Part shown: one piece after another, positions 27,901 to 39,938 of the stretch
Layout of the letters: the number at the start of each line of letters is the position of its first letter
How positions within the stretch are numbered: the first letter of the stretch is position 1
Source of the DNA: Gammaproteobacteria bacterium
GTDB taxonomy: Bacteria > Pseudomonadota > Gammaproteobacteria > Porifericomitales > Porifericomitaceae
DNA length: 61,009 nt
Assembly: GCA_028817255.1 (NCBI GenBank)
Contig: JAPPQA010000027.1
Span: 1 to 61,009 of the forward strand
Direction: 5' to 3'
Program-made: the position numbers and the translations under genes
The notes under the pieces: generated by a model
Databases searched by the model: none
What the model was told of the DNA's origin: nothing
The model's input: only the letters and a program-made list of their open reading frames with translations

Positions 27901-28455
27901 CAGGAGCGCCAGTACGAGGATCTGCAGCGTGGTCTGGAGACCTTGGAGCGCGCGATTCGTCGTATTGATCGGGAGATGCGGAAGCGCTTTCAAGATACCT
28001 TGGAGAAACTGGACGGGCACTTGCAAGACTTGTTCCCTCGTCTGTTCGGCGGCGGACAAGCGCGGTTGGAACTGATCGAACCCGGGCAGGCCGAGTCCGG
28101 GGTGGCGATCCGCGCCCGGCCTCCGGGAAAACGAGGGGAGGCGATCCACTTGTTGTCCGGAGGAGAAAAGGCTTTGACGGCGGTAGCTTTGCTCTTCTCC
28201 ATCTTCCGTTTGAACCCTGCGCCGCTATGTTTGCTCGACGAGGTGGACGCGCCTCTGGACGATGTCAATGTTGGCCGCTTCCTGGAGTTGGTGCGCTCCA
28301 TGACGGATACGGTGCAATTCGTTTTCGTTACCCACAATAAGATCAGCATGGAAATGGCCGATGCCCTGCTGGGAGTTACTATGCGGGAACCGGGCATTTC
28401 GCGCATCGTCTCTGTAGATGTCGGAGAGGCCGTCGAGCTGGCTGCCACGGCCTAG
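24934..28455 (+). CDS. smc: chromosome segregation protein SMC
   Basis: The ATG at 24934 opens MRLRQLRLSGFKTFVD, followed by the Walker A motif GPNGCGKSNLIDA. There is a long coiled coil with a central hinge. The C-terminal signature is LSGGEKALTAVALLF and the Walker B motif is LCLLDEVDAPLD. Confidence 0.9.
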   Translation: MRLRQLRLSGFKTFVDATALDLRRPLTAIVGPNGCGKSNLIDAVAWVLGESSARHLRAELISEVIFSGSRNRQPAGQAGVELLLDNNEGRLGGRFLSYREVSIRRQVDREGVSSYFLNGTRCRRRDITALLHGTGLGPRGYAIIEQGMVSRLIDAGPDALRAHVEETAGISKYREDRREAEGRIRRAKENILNLSYLQDEVNKQIKELERQAAQAKRYRQLCDRERQLQGELLALDWQRLKERFQSLHGACQELELAAEGERSRLRHLEAELDRVRQESAAFNRICDDLQGQFYRLHSEISRWEQNLKHGRERIAALEEESKRNKVLLAEEEAHCRAEQQELDSLEGQCRKLLPLREKRQRERERAQAALQETDRLLQEGQETCDRCSEKAGALTREEETARTRLEHLAARKREAERRSQELQGELRELDPRGHEVLLGQEREQLARVEREREELGSAERDTRRTLAKLRASVADLEQRLDKERAAHQEMHSALSSLQARQQAALGSDQEQVNQWLEETQLAAVQRLGERLQVAPRWRQAVELVLGRYLQAVESPSLEGVFPALDRLSAGVVGVYRLPCPAAPPDAKDNGLPPLLRYIETPEFPAGLLAGVFAAEHTEAALAARQRLQPGQSVVTPDGLWLGRDWLWLMRRRGDESILEREVERKRLQQDYAESRKRYRGLEEELAQLRCEAARQEAACQELRERLQVCQEAFGERHSRLAADRARRQQRQERAERIGRELEKLAAEGAAIGDEQEKLRQLLSSLQPRKEKLEQERERLLERRQRQRDELAAARQRWQASGDALHETDLQLESLNSRKESRQRALKRQQQAQQQLAVRYRELRADLEQARAPLAGWQERLQKGLEQRLQLERELQQGREKLTRQQESQQAQERQRAECENRLREQEAAVQQEQLAVGEARVRMEAAAERLTALDGVGTPEEVLSGLEEGADPALWQQRLDRIQRRIQQLGTVNLAAVEEHARLTERQQEQERQYEDLQRGLETLERAIRRIDREMRKRFQDTLEKLDGHLQDLFPRLFGGGQARLELIEPGQAESGVAIRARPPGKRGEAIHLLSGGEKALTAVALLFSIFRLNPAPLCLLDEVDAPLDDVNVGRFLELVRSMTDTVQFVFVTHNKISMEMADALLGVTMREPGISRIVSVDVGEAVELAATA

Positions 28456-28466
28456 CGTACCGAGCG

Positions 28467-29315
28467 ATGGACGGCAGTTTGCGTTTCAGTCTCCTGTTGT
28501 TGGGGCTACTGCTGTTGTTGGGGCTCTATCTTTGGGGAGCCGTGAAGGGGCGCCGCGATAACCGCCGTCTGCCGGGCAGGTCGCATGGCGACAACGTGCA
28601 CGGGCGGCGGCGAGAGGAAGAAGGTTCTGGTTCCGCGCGGCGGCAGACTCTTGCCGAACTCGGCTCTTTGATCCACAGCAGTCGGCAACGGCGCCGGGGG
28701 ACACTCCCGCCGCTGGCATCGGCGCCGACCCGGCCTGGCGCCGGCGGCCCCCTTAATGACGATGTCACCCGGCCTCCTGACGACAGGGTCTTTGCCGATG
28801 CCGCCCCTCCTGATCTCCCCTATGACAAGGCGGACGATACGATCACACAAGCCCCCGCCCCCTCCTCCGGGAGCCTGACGGACAAAGAAGAGCTGTTGCT
28901 CGTCTATGTAACCGCACGCGGAGACAGAGCCTTTACCGGTACGGAGATCGAGGAGGCTCTGGAGTCTGCCGGATTACGGCGCGGCGCCCTGGATATCTTC
29001 CACTGTTGCGTCTCGGTGGAGAATACGCAGGCCATGCCCTCGTTCAGCGTAGCCAATATGTACGAACCGGGGACCTTATCTGCCGCTGAGTTGCCTCGCC
29101 TGCGCACCGGCGGCCTGGTGTTCTTTCTGCGCCTGCCGCATCCCGATGGCGTGGAATCCCTGGCACGGATGTTGGAAGGGGCGCACACAGTGGCCCGTCA
29201 GCTTGGCGGAGAACTTTCCAATTCTGAGGGCGAGGCGCTCACTCCAGAAGGCATACAGCAGCTGCATCGGTATGCCGAACAGGCTTGTCGTCCATTGCCG
29301 ACCGCGGAGCGGTAA
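28467..29315 (+). CDS. zipA: cell division protein ZipA
   Basis: An N-terminal transmembrane helix (LLLLGLLLLLGLYLWG) is followed by a charged, Pro-rich linker and a C-terminal FtsZ-binding domain. The position between smc and ligA is as in other gammaproteobacteria. Confidence 0.8.
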   Translation: MDGSLRFSLLLLGLLLLLGLYLWGAVKGRRDNRRLPGRSHGDNVHGRRREEEGSGSARRQTLAELGSLIHSSRQRRRGTLPPLASAPTRPGAGGPLNDDVTRPPDDRVFADAAPPDLPYDKADDTITQAPAPSSGSLTDKEELLLVYVTARGDRAFTGTEIEEALESAGLRRGALDIFHCCVSVENTQAMPSFSVANMYEPGTLSAAELPRLRTGGLVFFLRLPHPDGVESLARMLEGAHTVARQLGGELSNSEGEALTPEGIQQLHRYAEQACRPLPTAER

Positions 29316-31697
<2,382 letters not shown>

Positions 31698-31762
31698 GAA
31701 GGGCGGTCCGCATGGCAGGTCCCAGCGTCTGTTGTAACAGGGAATGGAGGCATCCGGGCGGC

Positions 31763-31788
31763 GCCCCGGAGATACGCCCCGGAGATAC
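31763..31788. repeat. perfect 13-nt tandem duplication (gccccggagatac x2) ending 5 nt before the rpoE ATG
   Basis: Read directly from the sequence: 31763..31775 is identical to 31776..31788. Confidence 0.8.
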
Positions 31789-31793
31789 CTGTA

Positions 31794-32369
31794 ATGAAGA
31801 AGAATAATGCCGAACAGCTATTGTTGGACCGTGCCCGGCAGGGAGACCGCCATGCCTTCGATTTGCTCGTGGCGAAATACCAGCAGCGTGTGCACCGTAT
31901 GCTCAGCCGCCTCCTGCCGAACCCGGAGGATGCCTACGATATTGCCCAGGAGACCTTCCTGCGCGCTTACCAGGGTCTGGGCTCTTTTCAGGGAAAGAGC
32001 ACCTTTTATACCTGGCTGTACCGGATTGCCATTAATGCCGCGCGCAACCATCTCGCCATGCAGTCTCGTCGCCCGGTATCGCTTCCGTGGCCGGATGTTC
32101 CGGAACCATTTGCCAATGAAGAAAATCTAAGAGAAAATGATACCCCGGAACATGCGTTGTTGCGTGACGAAATCCAGGAGGTTGTCATCCAGGCATTCGA
32201 AGTCTTGCCGGAAGAGTGGAAGACAGCTATTACCTTGCGTGAAGTGGAAGGACTCAGTTACGAGGAGATCTCCGAAGCCATGTCATGTCCCATAGGCACG
32301 GTTCGTTCCCGCATCTTTCGTGCCCGGGAGGCGATTAGCCAGCGCCTGCGGGAATTGCAGGAGGAATAG
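31794..32369 (+). CDS. rpoE: ECF sigma factor RpoE/AlgU (sigma-24)
   Basis: The 191-aa ORF has region 2 (DIAQETFLRAYQ) and region 4 (LREVEGLSYEEISEAMSCPIGTVRSRIFRAREAI). It is followed by rseA, rseB and degP. Confidence 0.9.
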   Translation: MKKNNAEQLLLDRARQGDRHAFDLLVAKYQQRVHRMLSRLLPNPEDAYDIAQETFLRAYQGLGSFQGKSTFYTWLYRIAINAARNHLAMQSRRPVSLPWPDVPEPFANEENLRENDTPEHALLRDEIQEVVIQAFEVLPEEWKTAITLREVEGLSYEEISEAMSCPIGTVRSRIFRAREAISQRLRELQEE

Positions 32370-32373
32370 GACC

Positions 32374-32868
32374 GTGAACCGAGTAAATAATCCTCAGACG
32401 GAAACTTGGCTGTCTGCCTGGCTGGATGACGAGGCCGAATGCCAGGAGGGTGCGCTGGAGCGCCTGTTGCACGATCCCGGGTTGCGCGCAAAATGGCGCG
32501 GCTACCACGTGATCGGCGACTGTCTGCGCAGCCAGTTTTCCGGGCGGGCACGCCTGTTGCAGCCCGTTCCCCCCCGCCGCCGGGGGTTGGCGTTGGCCTT
32601 TGGTTGCGCCTTGGCGGTCTTGCTGACATTTGGGATCGTTATGATGCTGGTGCCAGCGGTCGGTGACCGCGGCGGGAACGGGGAGAATGTCGTGGCGTTG
32701 CCGGATTTGCCTCTGCAGATCGTTAGCCGGGTGCCTGGAGAACTGGCGCCGCCGCAACGCCGTTTGGCCATTTATCTGGTCCACCACAGCGAGTATCTCG
32801 CCCACAGCAGCGCTCAGGGAATGTTTTCTTATGCCAGAATTGTGGCGGCTACCGAGACTGGGCCGTAA
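32374..32868 (+). CDS. rseA: anti-sigma-E factor RseA/MucA
   Basis: The GTG start is at 32374. The N-terminal motif is LSAWLDDEA ... W..YHVIGDCLR. A central transmembrane segment (LALAFGCALAVLLTFGIVMML) is present. The gene lies directly after rpoE. Confidence 0.68.
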   Translation: MNRVNNPQTETWLSAWLDDEAECQEGALERLLHDPGLRAKWRGYHVIGDCLRSQFSGRARLLQPVPPRRRGLALAFGCALAVLLTFGIVMMLVPAVGDRGGNGENVVALPDLPLQIVSRVPGELAPPQRRLAIYLVHHSEYLAHSSAQGMFSYARIVAATETGP

Positions 32869-33826
32869 ATTTCTGCTCCCGTTCCTGCTCGCGTTTGCGT
32901 CTCCGGCCTTTCAGGCACAGGCGCAATCTCGGGATACGGAACCCGCGGATCGGTTGTTGCGGGAAATGATCCAGGCCAACCGCAAATTGCGATACGATGG
33001 CGTCTTCCTGTACCGCCGGGACGATTTGATCTCCCCAGTACGAGTGATCCACCATCATCCTGGCGAGCAGAAAATTGTCTCGTTGAATGGGCTCGTGCGT
33101 GAGCCTTTCCCTGACCGTGCCCGGGCATCGGGCGTGTCCGCCCGCTCCGAGGACCGCAGCTACCTGCTGAAGAACCCGAATATGCGGCCGGATCGCCTGG
33201 CCCCCTTGCCGCGGCTCTCCATTCGGCAAATGCAGCAGTACTACGACCTGCAAGTGACGGGGGAGGGTCGTGTGGTCGGGCGCCCTGTTTGGATCCTGGA
33301 GGCGCGTCCGCTGGACGATCTGCGCTACGGCCGTCGCTTTCACATAGACCGGGCAACCTGCCTGCTGCTGCAATCGGAAGTGAAGGAATCCAACGGCCGC
33401 ATCATCGAGCAGATTACCTTCGTGTCGCTACGGTTGCTGGAGCCGGAAACGACGGAGGATGACGCTGTTTCTTCACACGATTGGGAAGAAGAGGCGCCGG
33501 TTGCCGGGGAAGAAGGACAGTCCGGTTGGACCTTTTCTGCCGCGGCGCACGGTTTTGCTCTGGCGGATGGAGGCTTGCAACCATTACGCATCGCAGGAGC
33601 GCCGGTGAACCAAGTCGTACTGACCGACGGCCTTGCTTCCGTCTCCGTATTCATTGAAGTCCGGCCCGGGGGATCGCTGTATATCCCGGAGGGTTCCACC
33701 AATCTGAGCGGGCTCAATGCCCACACGGCCTATAAAGACGGCTACCAGGTCACTGCCATCGGCGTTGTTCCGTTACGCACGGTGCGGCTCATCGCCGATT
33801 CGGCGCGGCCGGCTTCCGGGTCGTGA
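32831..33826 (+). CDS. rseB: sigma-E regulatory protein RseB/MucB
   Basis: The ATG at 32831 opens a signal peptide (FLLPFLLAFASPAFQAQA). The body is MucB/RseB-like (LRYDGVFLYRRDD ... YDLQV). The gene is placed by synteny. Confidence 0.8.
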   Translation: MPELWRLPRLGRKFLLPFLLAFASPAFQAQAQSRDTEPADRLLREMIQANRKLRYDGVFLYRRDDLISPVRVIHHHPGEQKIVSLNGLVREPFPDRARASGVSARSEDRSYLLKNPNMRPDRLAPLPRLSIRQMQQYYDLQVTGEGRVVGRPVWILEARPLDDLRYGRRFHIDRATCLLLQSEVKESNGRIIEQITFVSLRLLEPETTEDDAVSSHDWEEEAPVAGEEGQSGWTFSAAAHGFALADGGLQPLRIAGAPVNQVVLTDGLASVSVFIEVRPGGSLYIPEGSTNLSGLNAHTAYKDGYQVTAIGVVPLRTVRLIADSARPASGS

Positions 33827-35232
33827 TGCCGGGGCGGTTTCGCAACATCCTGCTGCCGGCGATCCTGTGGGCGGCGGCACTGCCCCTCGCCGCCGCGTCG
33901 CCCCTGCCGGACTTTACTGACCTGGTCGAGGAGAACAGCCCCGCGGTGGTCAGTATCGAGGCCCATGCCGCACCGCCGCAAATCGCACGCAGGCATGAGA
34001 TCCCCAAGGATCACCCCTTGTTCCATTTCTTCGAGAAGTTCTTCAAGGACCCCCCGGCCGGACGGACCCCCTGGTCTGCCCCGCGCGGTTCGGGTTTTCT
34101 GGTCTCTGCCGACGGCTATATCCTTACCAACCGTCACGTCGTAGGCAACTCGGAGAAGATCGTGGTGCGGCTACAGGATCGCCGCGAGTTCCGGGCCAAA
34201 CTCATAGGTACCGATGAACATTCCGATCTCGCCGTATTGCATATTGATGCCGAAGACCTTCCCGCAGTAACCGTCGGCGATTCCTCCCGCCTCAGGGTGG
34301 GGGAATGGGTCATGGCCATTGGCTCGCCCTTCGGGTTCGACTATTCGGTGACCGTTGGGGTCGTCAGCGCCATTGGCCGCGGGTTGCCGAACGAAAATTA
34401 CGTGCCTTATATCCAAACCGACGTCGCCATCAACCCGGGCAACTCCGGCGGGCCGCTGTTTACCCTGAACGGCGACGTAGTCGGCGTGAACGCACAGATT
34501 TTCAGTCCCACTGGCGGCTACTCCGGGCTGTCTTTTACCATTCCGATCAACCTCGCCATGGAAGTTTACCGGCAGATCCGCGAACATGGCCGGGTCACGC
34601 GCGGCTGGCTTGGAGTGCGCATACAGGATGTTACCCACGAACTGGCCGCGTCGTTTAACATGGACCAGGCGCGCGGCGCCTTGATCGCCCAGGTGTTGCC
34701 GGCCAGCCCGGCCATGCGCGCCGGTTTGAGGGAAGGGGATGTTATCGTGCGTTTTGGCGACCGGGAGATTATCTACGCCTCCGACCTGCCGCCGCGGGTT
34801 GGATCCGCGGCCATCGGCAGCGAGGTGGCGCTCGAACTGATCCGGGACGGGCGTAGCAGAACCCTGCAGGTCACTGTAGGAGAATTGCCTGGGGATGCAG
34901 CGGATCGGCCGTTGGCGGATGTTGCACCGCCCGCAGCGCCCCTGGGACTGGAGGTGAGCGATCCCACCGAGGAGGAGCGGCAGGAGTTGGCGCTTGGCGA
35001 CCACGGGGTGGTCGTACGGAAAGTGATGCCGGGGCCGGCGCTCGCCGCCGGCATCCGCGTAGGCGATGCGCTGTTGCAGTTCGATAATCGCGAGCTCGAA
35101 GGCAGCCAACACTTCCGCGCATTGGCCGGTAAGCTTGCTGTGGGAAAGCCAGTGCCGATTCTGCTCCAACGCGACGGCGTACCCCTGTTTCTGGCGTTGC
35201 GGCGTGACCCGCTGCCCGAGGATTTGCCCTGA
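33826..35232 (+). CDS. degP: periplasmic serine endoprotease DegP/MucD (HtrA family, two PDZ domains)
   Basis: The protease has the catalytic triad context (TNRHVV, DLAVL, GNSGGPL) followed by two PDZ-like regions. The start overlaps the rseB stop (GTGATG). Confidence 0.88.
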   Translation: MPGRFRNILLPAILWAAALPLAAASPLPDFTDLVEENSPAVVSIEAHAAPPQIARRHEIPKDHPLFHFFEKFFKDPPAGRTPWSAPRGSGFLVSADGYILTNRHVVGNSEKIVVRLQDRREFRAKLIGTDEHSDLAVLHIDAEDLPAVTVGDSSRLRVGEWVMAIGSPFGFDYSVTVGVVSAIGRGLPNENYVPYIQTDVAINPGNSGGPLFTLNGDVVGVNAQIFSPTGGYSGLSFTIPINLAMEVYRQIREHGRVTRGWLGVRIQDVTHELAASFNMDQARGALIAQVLPASPAMRAGLREGDVIVRFGDREIIYASDLPPRVGSAAIGSEVALELIRDGRSRTLQVTVGELPGDAADRPLADVAPPAAPLGLEVSDPTEEERQELALGDHGVVVRKVMPGPALAAGIRVGDALLQFDNRELEGSQHFRALAGKLAVGKPVPILLQRDGVPLFLALRRDPLPEDLP

Positions 35233-35309
35233 AGGAGCAGGAGCCTGGCCAGGCCCGCCCCGTCCAGCGGCGCGTTATGCCCCTGCTGCAATCGTCTTCT
35301 GTCGGCTCC

Positions 35310-37106
35310 ATGGATTCTATGCGCAACTTTTCCATCGTCGCCCATGTGGATCACGGCAAATCCACATTGGCCGATCGCTTGATCCAATCCTGTGGCGGTC
35401 TCAGCGAACGGCAGATGCAGGAGCAGGTGCTGGACTCCATGGATCTGGAGCGGGAGCGAGGGATTACGATCAAGGCGCAGAGCGCCGCCTTGCGTCACAC
35501 TGCCGCCAATGGCCGGGAATACCTGCTGAACTTGATCGATACCCCCGGACATGCTGATTTCAGCTACGAGGTATCGCGTTCGCTGGCTGCCTGCGAAGGG
35601 GCGCTACTGGTTATAGACGCCAGCCAGGGGGTGGAGGCCCAAAGCATCGCCACCTGCCGGATCGCCCTGGAACAGAAGCTGGAGATCGTCCCGGTCTTGA
35701 ACAAAATCGATCTCCCGTCCGCCGACCCGGAGCGCGTATCGCGGCAGATCGAGGAAGTGCTGGGCCTGTCTGTACGTGAAGCGCCGCGGATCAGCGCCAA
35801 ATGCGGTCAGGGGATACCCGCGCTGTTGGACACTCTGGTGCGCCGCTTTCCTCCTCCCCACGGCGATCAGGAAGCACCTTTGCGGGCCTTAATCGTTGAT
35901 TCCTGGTTCGACAATTACCATGGGGTCGTCTCCCTGGTGCGTGTGTTCGATGGGGCGGTCGCCGTCGGTGACCGCGTTCAGATCTTTTCGACGGGGCGAG
36001 CATATCCGGTGCAGCGATTGGGCGTCTTTACGCCGCGGGATGTCCCACGCCAGCGGCTGCATGCCGGCGAGGTAGGGTTTCTGATTGCCGGTATCAAGGA
36101 AATTGACGGCGCCCCGGTAGGGGATACCCTGACCTTGGCCCGGCGGCCGGCATCCCGCTCGCTGCCGGGTTTCCGACGGATCAAGCCGCGGGTCTTCGCC
36201 GGTCTGTTCCCTGCGGATTCCTCCTGCTGCGATGCGTTGCGCGCCGCCTTGGAAAAATTACGCCTGAACGACTCGGCCCTGCATTTCGAGGCAGAACATT
36301 CCCAGTCTCTGGGCATGGGATTCCGCTGCGGCTTTCTGGGAATGTTGCATATGGAGATCGTCCAGGAACGCCTGGAGCGAGAATACGGCCTGGACTTAAT
36401 CACGACTATGCCGACGGTTATTTACCAGGCGTTGACTGACAGTGGCGAACTGCTGTCAGTGGATAATCCGGCTCGGATTCCGGAACGGACCCGGATTGTC
36501 GAGTGGCGCGAACCAGTAGTTCGGGCCGACCTGCTTGCGCCGCGGGAATACGTGGGCCGGGTGCTGGCCTTGTGCCTGAAACGGCGGGGCAAACAGCAGG
36601 AAATCCGTTACCTGGAGGGTCGTGCGGCACTGCGCTTCGAGATGCCGCTGAGCGAGATTGTGCTGGATTTTTTCGACCGGCTGAAGTCCGTCAGCAGCGG
36701 TTATGCCTCTTTCGATTACGATTTTCTGGGTTTCGTTCCCGCCGACCTGGTGCGGCTGGATGTGTTGCTCAACAGCAAGCGAGTGGACGCCTTGTCATCT
36801 ATTGAGCACCGCGACTCTGTTGCCGTCCGCGCCCGGCAATTGGCGCGGAGGCTCAAGGAGGCGATCCCCAGGCAGATGTTCGACGTGGCCATCCAGGCCG
36901 CTCTCGGTTCAAAGATTATCGCCCGGGAGACCGTCAAGGGCCTGCGCAAAGACGTGACCGCCAAGTGCTACGGCGGAGATATTACCCGCAAGCGCAAGCT
37001 CCTGGAGCGCCAGAAGGCCGGCAAGCGCCGGATGAAGAGCTTCGGTGACGTACAGATTCCACAGGAGGCCTTCCTGGCGCTGTTGCGGGCGGAGAGGCAG
37101 GGTTGA
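35310..37106 (+). CDS. lepA: elongation factor 4
   Basis: The product begins [24 protein letters not shown], has the DTPGHADF motif and a LepA-specific C-terminal domain. Confidence 0.93.
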   Translation: MDSMRNFSIVAHVDHGKSTLADRLIQSCGGLSERQMQEQVLDSMDLERERGITIKAQSAALRHTAANGREYLLNLIDTPGHADFSYEVSRSLAACEGALLVIDASQGVEAQSIATCRIALEQKLEIVPVLNKIDLPSADPERVSRQIEEVLGLSVREAPRISAKCGQGIPALLDTLVRRFPPPHGDQEAPLRALIVDSWFDNYHGVVSLVRVFDGAVAVGDRVQIFSTGRAYPVQRLGVFTPRDVPRQRLHAGEVGFLIAGIKEIDGAPVGDTLTLARRPASRSLPGFRRIKPRVFAGLFPADSSCCDALRAALEKLRLNDSALHFEAEHSQSLGMGFRCGFLGMLHMEIVQERLEREYGLDLITTMPTVIYQALTDSGELLSVDNPARIPERTRIVEWREPVVRADLLAPREYVGRVLALCLKRRGKQQEIRYLEGRAALRFEMPLSEIVLDFFDRLKSVSSGYASFDYDFLGFVPADLVRLDVLLNSKRVDALSSIEHRDSVAVRARQLARRLKEAIPRQMFDVAIQAALGSKIIARETVKGLRKDVTAKCYGGDITRKRKLLERQKAGKRRMKSFGDVQIPQEAFLALLRAERQG

Positions 37107-37864
37107 GTATAGATTTTTCCTGGGTGATGGCCTCGTTGGTCCTGGCCAGCGGCGGACTCGTGTGCGCCGGCCGGCTGGGCCGGTACTGCGACCGAGAATG
37201 GGCGGAGTCGGGGGTCGTCCAGTTGGCTCGCTCTCTGTTTCCGGTATTCCTGATCGTGTTCCTGATCCGTTCCTTCCTGATCGAACCGTTCCGTATCCCC
37301 TCGGCGTCTATGATGCCCACCCTGCTGGCGGGCGATCTCATACTGGTCAATAAATTCGACTATGGCATTCGGTTGCCCTTGGTCCACTATAAGATCGTCG
37401 GCGACGGTCAGCCGCGCCGGGGCGACGTGATCGTGTTCCGCTATCCGCTGAACCCCCGCCTGTCCTATATCAAGCGCGTGATCGGTCTGCCCGGCGACCG
37501 GGTACGCTATCACGAGAAAAACCTGTATATTAACGGCATGCCGGTAGAGCGCGCGCAAATTGGAGGCTTGGATACGGAGGAGCCCGGGAATGATGGCGGG
37601 CGCGGCCGCCTGTCCTGGGAAGAACTGCTACCCGGCAGGGCACACGAGATCCTGGTGGACCCGCGGCAAGACCTGGTCACGGAGACGAACGTGGTTGTCC
37701 CGGAGGCGCATTATTTCGTTCTGGGAGACAACCGGGATAACAGCAGGGACAGCAGGTTCTGGGGTTTCGTCCCGGACGATCACCTGGTAGGCAAGGCCTT
37801 CCTGGTTTGGCTGAGTTGGAACGGAGGGATCGTATGGCAAAGAATAGGCAAAAGCATCCAATAG
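37103..37864 (+). CDS. lepB: signal peptidase I
   Basis: The catalytic Ser box is PSASMMPTL and the Lys box is [11 protein letters not shown]. The [11 protein letters not shown] box is also present. The TTG at 37103 overlaps the lepA stop. Alternative starts are at 37124 and 37127. Confidence 0.9.
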   Translation: MSIDFSWVMASLVLASGGLVCAGRLGRYCDREWAESGVVQLARSLFPVFLIVFLIRSFLIEPFRIPSASMMPTLLAGDLILVNKFDYGIRLPLVHYKIVGDGQPRRGDVIVFRYPLNPRLSYIKRVIGLPGDRVRYHEKNLYINGMPVERAQIGGLDTEEPGNDGGRGRLSWEELLPGRAHEILVDPRQDLVTETNVVVPEAHYFVLGDNRDNSRDSRFWGFVPDDHLVGKAFLVWLSWNGGIVWQRIGKSIQ

Positions 37865-38271
37865 CATTCGGCGGCCAATGGCGGCGTCAACTCGGGCTCA
37901 GCCTCAGCGGCGTAGCGATAGCGGGGACTATCTTTTTGGGCATCGCCTATCTAGGGCTAAAGATTTACCCTCTTTACTACGAACGCTTTCTGGTCATCCA
38001 GGTGATGGACACCTTGGTTGCGGACCGGAAAACGGCACGGTCCAACGAGGCCCAACTGCGGTTCAAGTTTCTGCGCTTGGCGGGTCTGAATGGCATCACA
38101 GTCATAAAGCAGACAAATATCCACGAGACCTTCAACGTGGTGGAGCCCAGGAAAAAGGGACAGCCAAGGCTCCTTGTCGTCACTTACGAGGCGCGGTCAC
38201 CGCTGTTTGCGGATCTGGATCTGTTGCTGAAATTCCATCAGGAGCGGATGTTGGGAGAAGGGGAGGGCTGA
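37834..38271 (+). CDS. small membrane-anchored protein (DUF4845-like) conserved between lepB and rnc
   Basis: The ATG at 37834 is preceded by GGAGGG at 5-nt spacing. One transmembrane helix is present (LSLSGVAIAGTIFLGIAYLGL). The assignment is positional. Confidence 0.6.
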   Translation: MAKNRQKHPIAFGGQWRRQLGLSLSGVAIAGTIFLGIAYLGLKIYPLYYERFLVIQVMDTLVADRKTARSNEAQLRFKFLRLAGLNGITVIKQTNIHETFNVVEPRKKGQPRLLVVTYEARSPLFADLDLLLKFHQERMLGEGEG

Positions 38272-38306
38272 CAATAGCCTCGAAGATTGCCGATAACCGG
38301 GAGCTC

Positions 38307-39005
38307 ATGCCTTGCGAGTTATTACGGCATCGCTTTCGCGACCGCGAATTATATTGCCAGGCTCTGACCCACAGTAGTGCGGGTTCTCCCCATAATCAGC
38401 GCCTGGAGTATCTTGGGGATTCTTTACTTGGCTTTTTGATTGCGGAGCACTTGTTCCGACGCTTCCCGCGGTCCCGGGAGGGAGAGTTGACCCGGATGCG
38501 CGCCCACCTGGTCCGGGGGGGCGCCCTGGCACGATTGGCGCTGGCGCATGGTCTGGATCGGCGTATCCGGCTGGGGAAAAGCATCGCCGCCCGTCTGCCG
38601 CTTCCAGAATCGGTACTCGCGAGCCTGGTCGAGGCTATTGTCGGCGCCATCTACATGGACGGCGGTCTTGAGCGTTGCCGACGCGCCGTTCGCTTTCTTT
38701 ATGGCAAGGAACTAAAAAGCTTTGCGCCGTCCCGTGCCCGCAAATCTTCCAAGACGCGCCTGAACGAATTTCTTCAGGCACAGGGATGGGCCCTGCCGGT
38801 CTATCGCGTACTGGGCAAGGATAGCTGCCTTGAAGAGGAGAAATTTATCATACAGTGTCAGGTCTTCGCCGCGGGCAACGGCGCCGCGGACAGCGGGAGC
38901 CAGGGAGGCATAGAGCTGATCTGCCAGGGTTCGGGGCACAGCAAGCGCCGGGCGGAAGAAGAGGCGGCGGGCAAGGTCCTGGCACGGTTGCAGGTGCAGT
39001 CTTGA
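38307..39005 (+). CDS. rnc: ribonuclease III
   Basis: The RNase III signature is ALTHSSAGSPHNQRLEYLGDSLL. A C-terminal dsRBD is present (GSGHSKRRAEEEAA). Confidence 0.9.
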   Translation: MPCELLRHRFRDRELYCQALTHSSAGSPHNQRLEYLGDSLLGFLIAEHLFRRFPRSREGELTRMRAHLVRGGALARLALAHGLDRRIRLGKSIAARLPLPESVLASLVEAIVGAIYMDGGLERCRRAVRFLYGKELKSFAPSRARKSSKTRLNEFLQAQGWALPVYRVLGKDSCLEEEKFIIQCQVFAAGNGAADSGSQGGIELICQGSGHSKRRAEEEAAGKVLARLQVQS

Positions 39006-39925
39006 ACTTTTTGCCGCGCCGGGAATGCCCGGTTCCCGGCCCTGACTATGGCCGCCGCGTTGCTCTCGTTGGCCGGCCCAATGTAGGCAAGTCCACGTTG
39101 CTAAACCGGGTCTTGGGGCGCAAACTCAGCATTGCCTCACGACGCCCGCAGACGACCCGCTTTTGGGTTGCCGGCTGCAAGAACGGCCCCGATGGGCAAA
39201 TCGTTTACGTAGATACGCCAGGCCTGCAATTTTGTCGGCACGACTCGTTGAATCGCCATCTTCGCAGGGAGGCGATCCGTGCCCTGCACGACGTACACGC
39301 TGCAATCTGGGTCGTAGAAGCCCTGCATTGGAGGCGGGAAGACGAATTCGTGCTCGGCCTTTTGCGGGATCTGCATCCGCCCCTGCCTACCCTGGTGGCG
39401 GTTAACAAAGTGGACCAGGTTCGGGACAAAACGCGCCTGCTGCCTTATCTGGAGCGGTTAGCGGGGCATCTGGATCGCTGCGAGGCGGTTCCTTTATCGG
39501 CCCGCACTGGTTTGCAAGTGGACGTGTTGGAACGGTGCTTGGCGCGTCTGCTCCCTGCACCGCCTGTGCCGTGCCCGGCCCAGGAGGAAGAATCAGTTAA
39601 TTTACCAAGGACTTGCGCTGAATTATTGCGAGAGAAGCTTTTACATCGTTTGGGTGCGGAACTGCCTTATTCTCTGGCAGTGACTGCCGAGGAGCAGACG
39701 GCTTGCGGTCCGATATTGCACTTGCGCGCCGTGGTTTGGGTAGAGAGGGAAGGGCAGAAGCGAATCGTAATCGGCAAGGAGGGAACGGTGCTCAAGGAGG
39801 CTGGGCGCCAGGCTCGTTGCGAGTTGGAGGCGATGCTGGGCCGGCAGGTGAACTTGAAGAGTTGGGTCCGGGTCAGACCGGGCTGGTCTGCCGACCCCCG
39901 GGCCATCCTGCAATTCTGCGGCTGA
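39002..39925 (+). CDS. era: GTPase Era
   Basis: The G1 motif is GRPNVGKSTLLN and the G3 motif is DTPG. NKVD and a C-terminal KH domain are present. The only in-frame starts near the rnc stop are TTG at 39002 or 39011. Confidence 0.88.
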   Translation: MNFLPRRECPVPGPDYGRRVALVGRPNVGKSTLLNRVLGRKLSIASRRPQTTRFWVAGCKNGPDGQIVYVDTPGLQFCRHDSLNRHLRREAIRALHDVHAAIWVVEALHWRREDEFVLGLLRDLHPPLPTLVAVNKVDQVRDKTRLLPYLERLAGHLDRCEAVPLSARTGLQVDVLERCLARLLPAPPVPCPAQEEESVNLPRTCAELLREKLLHRLGAELPYSLAVTAEEQTACGPILHLRAVVWVEREGQKRIVIGKEGTVLKEAGRQARCELEAMLGRQVNLKSWVRVRPGWSADPRAILQFCG

Positions 39926-39938
39926 ATGCGGCGCGGCC

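Noticed and set aside
39588-39655. A moderately AT-enriched stretch lies inside era (gaagaatcagttaatttaccaagg...cttttacatcg). Similar milder dips occur in recO (about 40200..40245) and pilZ (about 58490..58590).
   Set aside because: GC falls only to about 40% and the boundaries are gradual, unlike the three sharp islands reported above. The dips are probably explained by local amino-acid composition.
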